From Thermoleophilaceae bacterium (lineage in GTDB: Bacteria; Actinomycetota; Thermoleophilia; Solirubrobacterales; Thermoleophilaceae), in the NCBI GenBank assembly GCA_034664125.1, contig JAXDIG010000023.1:4025-68024 (forward strand): a DNA stretch of 64,000 bases, given 5' to 3'. The first letter of the stretch is position 1. Each line of letters starts with the position of its first letter. Both the position numbers and the translations under genes were made by a program. Positions 8,668-15,456 of this stretch are shown here, in pieces. The notes below the pieces were generated by a model, which saw only the letters and a list, made by a program, of their open reading frames with translations, did not search any database and was not told where the DNA came from.

Positions 8668-9630
8668 ATGTCCAAGCGCAGCGGCACCCGCGAAGATGTG
8701 CGGGAGATGTCCCTGCTCACCCGGGTGTTCCTCGCGAATGCGGCAGTGCTCGCAACGATCACGCTGCTGCTGCTGTTCTCGCCGATCGAGATCAGCTACC
8801 CGGTCACCGCGACCCAGTCGGTCATCCTCGTCACCGGATTTCTCGTCTCCCTCGTCGTCAACCTGGTGCTGCTGCGGCGTGTCGTGGGGCCGCTGCGGCG
8901 CCTGACCAACACGATGCGCTCCGTGATGCCACTCGAACCCGGTCGGCGCCTCGTCACCCCGGGAGCGGACGCGGAGGTCCGGTCGCTCGCGACCGCCTTC
9001 AACGACATGCTCGAGCGGCTGGAAACAGAGCGGCGCGAGAGCGGCCGCGGTGCCGTCGCCGCACAGGAGGAGGAGCGGCGGCGGATTGCGCGCGAGCTGC
9101 ACGACGAGATCGGGCAGGTGCTCACCGGTGTGATGCTCCAGCTCGACGACCCGGAGGCGCGTGAGGCAGTGAGGCGGAGCCTGGACGACGTTCGCCGCAT
9201 CGCCCGCGAGCTGCGACCGGAGATGCTCGACGACCTGGGCCTGCAGAGTGCCCTGCGGGCACTGTGCATCACGGCGGCGGCGCACGACGGCCTGAGCGTC
9301 GAGCGGCAGCTCGACGTCGCGGACGTGGAACTCCGGCCGGAGGTCGAGCTGGTCGTCTACCGCGTGGCGCAGGAGAGCCTGACGAACGTGATGCGACACT
9401 CGGAGGCGTCCGAGGTGCTGGTGGCGCTCCAGGAGGTGGACGGCGCTTTGCGGCTGATCGTGCGCGACAACGGACGCGGGTTGCCCGCGGGCGGCTCGGA
9501 GGCCGGCACGGGCATCGGCGGCATGTCGGAGCGGGCCCTGCACGTCGGCGGGCGGCTGACGATCGCCTCCGGTCCCGGAGGCGGCACCGAGGTGCGCCTC
9601 GACATCCCGGTCCCCGGGGCTCTCGAGTGA
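8668..9630 (+). CDS. Sensor histidine kinase, NarL/DesK type (HisKA_3 + HATPase_c)
   Basis: An N-terminal transmembrane region and a HAMP-like segment are present. The H-box is RRIARELHDEIGQVL. The ATPase region contains RDNGRGL and GIGGMSERA. The start is uncertain (8668 or 8707). Confidence 0.85.
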   Translation: MSKRSGTREDVREMSLLTRVFLANAAVLATITLLLLFSPIEISYPVTATQSVILVTGFLVSLVVNLVLLRRVVGPLRRLTNTMRSVMPLEPGRRLVTPGADAEVRSLATAFNDMLERLETERRESGRGAVAAQEEERRRIARELHDEIGQVLTGVMLQLDDPEAREAVRRSLDDVRRIARELRPEMLDDLGLQSALRALCITAAAHDGLSVERQLDVADVELRPEVELVVYRVAQESLTNVMRHSEASEVLVALQEVDGALRLIVRDNGRGLPAGGSEAGTGIGGMSERALHVGGRLTIASGPGGGTEVRLDIPVPGALE

Positions 9631-10286
9631 CGGTCCCGCTGAAGACCCGCATCCTGCTGGCCGACGACCACCCGATGGTCCGGCGCGGCCTGCGCATGGT
9701 GCTCGACGCCGAGCCGGACCTGGAGGTGGTCGCCGAGGCGGGCGACGGCGCGGAGGCCGTGGAGCTCGCCATGTCGACCGAGGTCGATCTGGCGATCCTG
9801 GACGTCGCGATGCCGCGCCTGACCGGTCTGCAGGCCTCGGCCGAGCTCAAGCGCCGCCGGCCCGAGCTGCGCACGCTGATGCTCTCGATGTACGACAGCG
9901 AGCAGTACTTCTTCGAGGCGCTCAAGGCGGGGGCATCGGGATACGTGCTCAAAAGCGCGGCCGACCAGGACCTGGTCGAGGCCTGCCGCGCGGCGATGCG
10001 CGGCGAGCCCTTCCTGTACCCGGCGGCAGTCGCGGCGCTGATCCGCGACTACCTCGATCGGGCCAGCCGCGGCGAGGCGGTGCCGGCCGACCCGCTGACG
10101 CCTCGGGAGCTGGAGGTCGTGAAGCTGGTCGCGGAGGGCCACTCCAGCGACGAGATAGCCGCCACCCTGGTGATCAGCAAGAAGACGGTGGAGCACCACC
10201 GCAGCCACATCCTCGAAAAGCTGGGCATGCGCGACCGCGTGGAGCTCACGCGCTACGCGATCCGCCGCGGGCTCGTCGAGCCCTAG
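9627..10286 (+). CDS. NarL/FixJ-family response regulator (REC + LuxR HTH)
   Basis: The REC domain begins ILLADDHPMVRRGL...DLAILDVAMPRLTG. The C-terminus carries LTPRELEVVKLVAEGHSSDEIA. GTG 9627 overlaps the kinase stop (GTGA). Confidence 0.92.
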   Translation: MTVPLKTRILLADDHPMVRRGLRMVLDAEPDLEVVAEAGDGAEAVELAMSTEVDLAILDVAMPRLTGLQASAELKRRRPELRTLMLSMYDSEQYFFEALKAGASGYVLKSAADQDLVEACRAAMRGEPFLYPAAVAALIRDYLDRASRGEAVPADPLTPRELEVVKLVAEGHSSDEIAATLVISKKTVEHHRSHILEKLGMRDRVELTRYAIRRGLVEP

Positions 10287-10343
10287 CCCAGCACCCCGCA
10301 GCCAGGCCCGTCGTCGCGCGGTACGCGTAGCCTTGGCGCCCGA

Positions 10344-11705
10344 ATGCGCGAGGTTCGCATCCAGGACACGCTGACCGGCGCCGTGCGCACGCTCGAGCCG
10401 CGCGATCCGCCCAAGGTCGCCATCTATGCCTGCGGCCCGACGGTGTACGGGCGCGTGCACGTGGGCAACGCGCGTCCGTACGTCGTCTTCTCGCTGCTCA
10501 AGCGCTTCCTCGAGCACGAGGGCTATGAGCCGACGTTCGTGGCCAACATCACCGACGTCAACGACAAGATCTACGACGCGGCCCGCGAGCGCGGCGTCCC
10601 GAGCGCTCAGCTGGCGCGCGAGATGACGGACGCCTACCTGGCCGACACCGACGCCCTCGGCCTCGGGCGCCCGGACCACGAGCCGAAGGCCAGCGAGGCG
10701 ATCGCCGGGATCATCGCCCTGATCGAGGCCCTGATCGAGAGCGGCCACGCCTATGAGGCGGGCGGGGACGTGTACTTCCGCGTGGCCAGCTTCGAGGGCT
10801 ACGGGAAGCTCTCCAACCGCCCGCTCGAGGAGATGCAGCAGGGCGAGGGCGACGACTCGGCGGACGTGAAGGAGGCGCCCCAGGACTTCGCGCTCTGGAA
10901 GGCGCGCAAGGAGGGGGAGGACACCTGGTGGGAATCCCCCTGGGGCGATGGCCGCCCGGGCTGGCACATCGAGTGCTCCGCGATGGCCGAGCAGATCCTG
11001 GGCGTCGACTTCGAGATCCACGGCGGCGGCTCGGACCTGATCTTCCCCCACCACGAGAACGAGATCGCGCAGACCGAGGCCGCCCGCGGCAAGCCGCTGG
11101 CCCGGCTCTGGATGCACAACGGCATGGTCGAGATGGGCGATGAGAAGATGGCCAAGTCGCTCGGCAACATCCGCCTGCTGCACGGCGCCATCGAGCAGTT
11201 CGGGCGCGAGGCCTTCCTGATGTGGACGGTCGGCGCCCACTACCGCAAGCCGGTCGCCTACACCGAGGAGACGCTGGAGGAGGCCGGCCGGGCGGTGGAC
11301 CGGGTACGCGAGCTGATCCGGCGCCTGGACCCCGAGGCGCCGGCTCCGGCCGAGCTCGACCAGCTGGTGGAGCGCTTCTTCGACCACCTCGCGGACGACT
11401 TCAACACCGCCGCGGCCCGCGCGGAGCTGTTCGCCTGGGTAGCGGAGGCCAACCGGCGCACCGACGCGGGTGAGCGCGTCGGCCCGGGCCGGCTCGGCGA
11501 GATGCTGCACGCGTTCGGCCTCGAGAGCCTGCTCGCCGCCGACGCCGACGAGGCGCCGGACGAGATCCAGCGCCTGGCCACGGAGCGCCAGGAGGCGCGC
11601 GACGGGCGCGACTTCGAGCGCGCCGACCGGTTGCGCGAGGAGCTGGCCGCCCGCGGTTGGGAGATCCGCGACACGGCGGAGGGCCCTCGGCTCGTGCGGA
11701 CGTGA
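10344..11705 (+). CDS. cysS: Cysteine--tRNA ligase
   Basis: The HIGH-type motif is VHVGNARPY, the KMSKS-type motif is KMAKSLGN, and the WHIEC zinc site is present. Confidence 0.95.
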   Translation: MREVRIQDTLTGAVRTLEPRDPPKVAIYACGPTVYGRVHVGNARPYVVFSLLKRFLEHEGYEPTFVANITDVNDKIYDAARERGVPSAQLAREMTDAYLADTDALGLGRPDHEPKASEAIAGIIALIEALIESGHAYEAGGDVYFRVASFEGYGKLSNRPLEEMQQGEGDDSADVKEAPQDFALWKARKEGEDTWWESPWGDGRPGWHIECSAMAEQILGVDFEIHGGGSDLIFPHHENEIAQTEAARGKPLARLWMHNGMVEMGDEKMAKSLGNIRLLHGAIEQFGREAFLMWTVGAHYRKPVAYTEETLEEAGRAVDRVRELIRRLDPEAPAPAELDQLVERFFDHLADDFNTAAARAELFAWVAEANRRTDAGERVGPGRLGEMLHAFGLESLLAADADEAPDEIQRLATERQEARDGRDFERADRLREELAARGWEIRDTAEGPRLVRT

Positions 11706-12409
11706 TCATCTACGGGCGCAACCCCGTTCGCGAGGCGCTGCGCGGACGCAGGCGTGTCCACCGTGTATACGCCACGGAGCGCGGGGCGCGCGAGGTGTGG
11801 CTGGGGGACGTGGACGTGGTCATCGCCGAGACCCACGACATCGAGGAGCGCTGCGGCTCGCCGGACCACCAGGGCGTTTGCGCCGAGGTGCAGGCCTACC
11901 CGTATGTCGACGCGAACTCGCTGCTGGAGCCGGACGACGCGCTCGTGCTGTGCCTCGACGAGGTGCAGGACCCGCACAACCTCGGCGCCGTGTGCCGTGT
12001 CGCGGAGGCCGCCGGCTGCACCGGGGTGGTGCTGCCCGAACGCCGCTCCGCCGAGGTCACTCCGGCCGTCTGCAAGGCGTCGGCGGGAGCCGTCGAGCAT
12101 CTGCCGATCGCCCGCGTACGCAACCTGGCCGACTGGCTCGGCGAGGCCAAGCAGCGCGAAGCCTGGGTCTACGGCGCGGCCGCAGACGCGCGCGTGCCCT
12201 ATCACCGCCCCGACTACAGCGGGCGGGTCGTGCTGGTGCTCGGCTCCGAGGGCCGGGGCCTGCGCCCGCGGGTCGCGGAGGCCTGCGACGAACAGGTCTT
12301 CCTGCCCAGCCCGGGCAAGGTCGGCTCGCTGAACGTGTCCACGGCGGCGGCAGCACTCGTGTACGGAATCTTGCAGTCCCGCCGAACGGCCCTTGACAAG
12401 GGTCCATAA
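11702..12409 (+). CDS. rlmB: 23S rRNA 2'-O-methyltransferase RlmB / TrmH-family SpoU methylase
   Basis: The protein starts VIIYGRNPVREAL and contains DEVQDPHNLGAVCRVAEAAG and LGSEGRGLR...IP..G.V.SLNVS. The GTG overlaps the cysS stop. Confidence 0.88.
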   Translation: MIIYGRNPVREALRGRRRVHRVYATERGAREVWLGDVDVVIAETHDIEERCGSPDHQGVCAEVQAYPYVDANSLLEPDDALVLCLDEVQDPHNLGAVCRVAEAAGCTGVVLPERRSAEVTPAVCKASAGAVEHLPIARVRNLADWLGEAKQREAWVYGAAADARVPYHRPDYSGRVVLVLGSEGRGLRPRVAEACDEQVFLPSPGKVGSLNVSTAAAALVYGILQSRRTALDKGP

Positions 12410-12427
12410 CTAACCCATACTCCGCGC

Positions 12428-12477
12428 CAGAAATCAGGCTGTAGTCGAGCTTGAGGGATCGACTGCAGAAATCAGGC
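12428..12477 (+). promoter_or_regulatory. sigH leader: direct repeat CAGAAATCAGGC x2 bracketing an imperfect hairpin (CTGTAGTCGA / TCGACTGCAG)
   Basis: The repeat copies lie at 12428-12439 and 12466-12477. The segment has locally lower G+C and sits 65 bp upstream of the sigH ATG. Confidence 0.5.
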
Positions 12478-12541
12478 GCGCCAGGGGAGGTACGCCGCCA
12501 CCGAGCTTCAAAGGTCCAGCTGGGCCTGAGAGGAGCATTGG

Positions 12542-13252
12542 ATGGCAACTTCCGCAACCTCCCCCGCACTACCTGTGCCGGCACGCCGGCCAGGCGCGCC
12601 GATTCGGCGCAGCGGGGCTAAGTCTCAAGGTGAAGTAGAGCTTGATGATCACTACCTGATCGCGCTCGCAAAACAGGGCCGCAAGGACGCCTACGACCGC
12701 ATAGTGAAGCGGTATCACGGCTTCGTGAGGCTCAAGGCCTCCTCGTACTTCCTGATCGGCGGGGACTCCGACGATCTGATCCAAGAGGGCCTCGTCGGGC
12801 TCTACAAGGCGGTGCGCGACTACCGCTCCGACCGCGAGTCGAGCTTCCGCAACTTCGCCGAGCTGTGCATCACGCGGCAGATCATCACCGCCGTGAAGAC
12901 GTCCACGCGCAACAAGCACACGCCGCTCAACGAGTACGTGTCGTTCTCCCAGACGCCCGCCGCAAGCGGCGGCGACGGCGATCCCACGCTCGATGAGCTG
13001 CTGCCGGGACCGACCGCTCACGACCCCGTCAATCAGGTGATCTCCTCCGAGGAGCTGCACAGCCTGGTGGCCTGCCTGTCGAGCGTGCTGTCCGAGTTGG
13101 AGAGCTCCGTGCTGTCGCTCTACCTCGACGGGCACAGCTACGAGGCGATCGCCGACCGCCTCGAGTGCGACACGAAGACGGTCGACAACGCGCTGCAGCG
13201 CGTCAAGCGCAAGGTGGGCGCGCATCTGACGTCGCGCCAGGTGCTGCTCTAG
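12542..13252 (+). CDS. sigH: Sigma-70 family sigma factor of the Bacillus SigH (Spo0H) type
   Basis: SYFLIGGDSDDLIQEGLVGLYKAVRDY...SFRNFAELCITRQIITAVKTSTRNKHTPLNEYVSF...LYLDGHSYEAIADRL...VDNALQRVKRKV aligns nearly motif for motif with my recollection of B. subtilis SigH. A Shine-Dalgarno GAGGAG precedes the ATG. Confidence 0.88.
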   Translation: MATSATSPALPVPARRPGAPIRRSGAKSQGEVELDDHYLIALAKQGRKDAYDRIVKRYHGFVRLKASSYFLIGGDSDDLIQEGLVGLYKAVRDYRSDRESSFRNFAELCITRQIITAVKTSTRNKHTPLNEYVSFSQTPAASGGDGDPTLDELLPGPTAHDPVNQVISSEELHSLVACLSSVLSELESSVLSLYLDGHSYEAIADRLECDTKTVDNALQRVKRKVGAHLTSRQVLL

Positions 13253-13315
13253 AACGAACGTCCAGGGCTGGCCGCGTGCCTGCCGCGCATGGCGGAGGCG
13301 ACCGACGCATGAAGG

Positions 13316-14071
13316 ATGCGGGTTCGCCCCTCTCTGCTGCTGGTCGTGACCGCCCTTGCCGCGTTCTTCGTGGCTCAGACGGCGGTGGGCTCACCGCCGC
13401 CGGACACGCAGGCGGGCGCGGTCGCCCTCCGGCCCGTCGCGGCGCTGTCCCCAAAGCCCCTGCCCGCGCGCCCGCAGGGGCACAGGCTGGCGGTCGTGCA
13501 GCGCGAGGTCGGCATCAGCGACCGCCCCGGCGGCCCCAGCACCGGGAAGCTCGGCGCGAGCACGGAGTTCGGCTCGCCCCAGGTCGTGGGAGTGGCGGCA
13601 AGTCGCGGTAGCTGGCTGGGAGTGGTCACGAGCGAACGCCCCAACGGCAAGCTGGCTTGGGTACGGCGCGACGACGCCTTGAGCGTGCGGCGCACGCGCT
13701 GGTCGCTGCACGCCGACCTCTCCCAGCGGACCCTCACCCTGCGCCGCAACGGGCGCGCCGTGCGCAGGCTGATGGTCGCGATCGGCCGCGCCGGCTCCGA
13801 TACGCCGACCGGGCGCTTCGCCGTCACCGACAAGATCCCCGGTTCGCGCTACGGCGCGTACTACGGGTGCTGTGTCATCGCGCTGAGCGGACACCAGCCC
13901 AACACGCCGCCCGGCTGGACCGGCGGCAACCGGCTCGCCATCCACGGCACCGACTCCCCGGCGACGATCGGCACTCCGGCCTCGGCCGGCTGCCTGCGCG
14001 CCGCCGACGCGGACCTCCAGGTGCTGATGGCCAAGGTGCCATTGGGCACGCCGGTTTTCATTCGCGGCTGA
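13316..14071 (+). CDS. L,D-transpeptidase (YkuD domain), secreted
   Basis: A signal peptide (LLLVVTALAAFFVAQTAVG) is present. The catalytic motif is LAIHGTDSPATIGTPASAGCLR. Confidence 0.88.
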   Translation: MRVRPSLLLVVTALAAFFVAQTAVGSPPPDTQAGAVALRPVAALSPKPLPARPQGHRLAVVQREVGISDRPGGPSTGKLGASTEFGSPQVVGVAASRGSWLGVVTSERPNGKLAWVRRDDALSVRRTRWSLHADLSQRTLTLRRNGRAVRRLMVAIGRAGSDTPTGRFAVTDKIPGSRYGAYYGCCVIALSGHQPNTPPGWTGGNRLAIHGTDSPATIGTPASAGCLRAADADLQVLMAKVPLGTPVFIRG

Positions 14072-14107
14072 GCGGGTATCTGCGGTCCCACCCAAAGGAG
14101 GGCGAAC

Positions 14108-14281
14108 ATGGTTGGAATCCTGATTACCGTGCTGCTCGCGGTGCTCGTCTACATCATCCTGGCGGCGTTCACGCCGTCGATCGTGGCCATCGTCGGCGCG
14201 ATCCTGGTGCTGATCGCCGGCATCCCCAGCGGCGGATTCGGCTTCGGCAGCCGCTGGAGCGGTCGCGGCCGCACGATCTAG
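14108..14281 (+). CDS. Small hydrophobic membrane protein (57 aa), not in the ORF track
   Basis: The Shine-Dalgarno AAAGGAGGGCGAAC is followed by ATG. The translation is MVGILITVLLAVLVYIILAAFTPSIVAIVGAILVLIAGIPSGGFGFGSRWSGRGRTI with stop TAG at 14279-14281. It predicts two transmembrane helices. Confidence 0.6.
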   Translation: MVGILITVLLAVLVYIILAAFTPSIVAIVGAILVLIAGIPSGGFGFGSRWSGRGRTI

Positions 14282-14354
14282 GGGTCGCTTCGCCTGAAGC
14301 GGCCGTCGCTCGGCGGCCTCGGCGCAGTCGTTCGTCCGAACGTCGTCCTAGTGT

Positions 14355-14370
14355 ACGAACATGCGTTCGC
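14355..14370. promoter_or_regulatory. Candidate LexA SOS box ACGAAC-ATGC-GTTCGC overlapping the endonuclease start codon; TAGTGT -10-like hexamer at 14349-14354
   Basis: CGAAC-N4-GTTCG is perfect at 14356-14369. The ATG (14361-14363) lies in the spacer. The TANNNT hexamer ends 6 nt before the ATG, which is consistent with a leaderless mRNA. Confidence 0.6.
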
Positions 14371-14801
14371 TGCTGGAGTCACCGGCCGAGCCAAGTGCTC
14401 ACCCGGTGGATGTAGGGCAACGCACCGAGGCGATTGTCCTCGCCGAGCTGGTGAGGCGCGGCCATCGCGTGCTGTTGCCATTCGGGGCCAATCATCGATA
14501 CGACCTTGTAATCGACACGGGCAGTCGCTTTCTTCGCGCCCAGGTCAAGACCGGGCGTTTTCGCTGCGGCAGAATCTGCTTCAAGACCGCGAGCACGCGC
14601 GCCAACACGCTTCGCGCCTTCACGCGCTCGTACGACGGCGAGATCGACCTCTTCCTCGTCTACTGCCCCGACACCGACCGGGTTTATGCTCTCGACGTCG
14701 ATGAGGCCGCCTCATCGGAGGGCGTCCTCCGGGTGGAACCCACGGCTAACGGACAGGTCAAGGGAATCCGCTGGGCAGCCGACCACGAATTGCCCGCCTA
14801 G
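14361..14801 (+). CDS. PD-(D/E)XK endonuclease (PDDEXK_5, group I intron-associated endonuclease family)
   Basis: The sequence reads GQRTEAIVLAELVRRGHRVLLPFGANHRYDLVID...LRAQVKT...IDLFLVY and ends NGQVKGIRWAADHEL, as I recall for this family. The stop TAG at 14799-14801 lies inside the tRNA acceptor stem. Confidence 0.8.
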   Translation: MRSLLESPAEPSAHPVDVGQRTEAIVLAELVRRGHRVLLPFGANHRYDLVIDTGSRFLRAQVKTGRFRCGRICFKTASTRANTLRAFTRSYDGEIDLFLVYCPDTDRVYALDVDEAASSEGVLRVEPTANGQVKGIRWAADHELPA

Positions 14802-14864
14802 CTCAACTGGCAGAGCACTTCACTTGTAATGAAGAGGTTGTCGGTTCGAATCCGACGGCGGGCT
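14792..14864 (+). tRNA. tRNA-Thr (anticodon UGU)
   Basis: I folded a 73-nt cloverleaf by hand. The acceptor stem is GCCCGCC/GGCGGGC and the D stem is GCTC/GAGC. The anticodon stem is CTTCA/TGAAG with loop CTTGTAA. The T arm is GTCGG-TTCGAAT-CCGAC and the discriminator is T. Confidence 0.93.
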
Positions 14865-14874
14865 CTGAGGAGGG

Positions 14875-15408
14875 CTAAGGGGCTTCGGTGGCGCCGGCGG
14901 CCGCGTGCTCGATGTTGCCGTGGCCGTTGGACGACACCGGCACCTGCTCGAGCGGCTCGAAGCGGTCCTCGGGGTTGAGACGCCGCTCCAACTCGCCCAT
15001 CACCAGGCCGAACAGCAGGTGGCGCCACGCGGCTTGGGCGAATGCCCGCCGGTTTCCGCCCATCGTCGCGAGCTCCGAGCGGGCCGGGTGGTGGCGATCC
15101 ACCAGCCGGGTGAGCGGCCACGTGGCGAGGTGCTCGCTCAGTGCCGCGGCGGCGCCCGCGGCCTGCGGCGGGCCCGGGATGAACGGCCGGAGCAGCGTGA
15201 ACGCCGCACCGAAGGCGGCGCCGTTGGCCATGTGGATGGCCAGCCCGGCGGCCTGCCAGCCGGAGTCGCGTGTGACGAGCTTGCCGAGCAGCTCAACGTC
15301 GTCGTAGTCGGACCCGAAGAGCCGCTTGTCAAGCGGCTGCTGGGCCGCCCAGACGGCCGCTGCCACTGCCCCAGCGAGCGCCCCACTTGGAATTCGCCGT
15401 AGCTCCAT
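14875..15408 (-). CDS. Hypothetical membrane protein
   Basis: The ORF is 177 aa with hydrophobic segments and coding-like third-position GC. I recognise no domain. Confidence 0.55.
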   Translation of the reverse strand: MELRRIPSGALAGAVAAAVWAAQQPLDKRLFGSDYDDVELLGKLVTRDSGWQAAGLAIHMANGAAFGAAFTLLRPFIPGPPQAAGAAAALSEHLATWPLTRLVDRHHPARSELATMGGNRRAFAQAAWRHLLFGLVMGELERRLNPEDRFEPLEQVPVSSNGHGNIEHAAAGATEAP

Positions 15409-15456
15409 GAACCACGCAGCGTAACGCCACGCACGGACCCGGGTAGCTCAGTTTCG

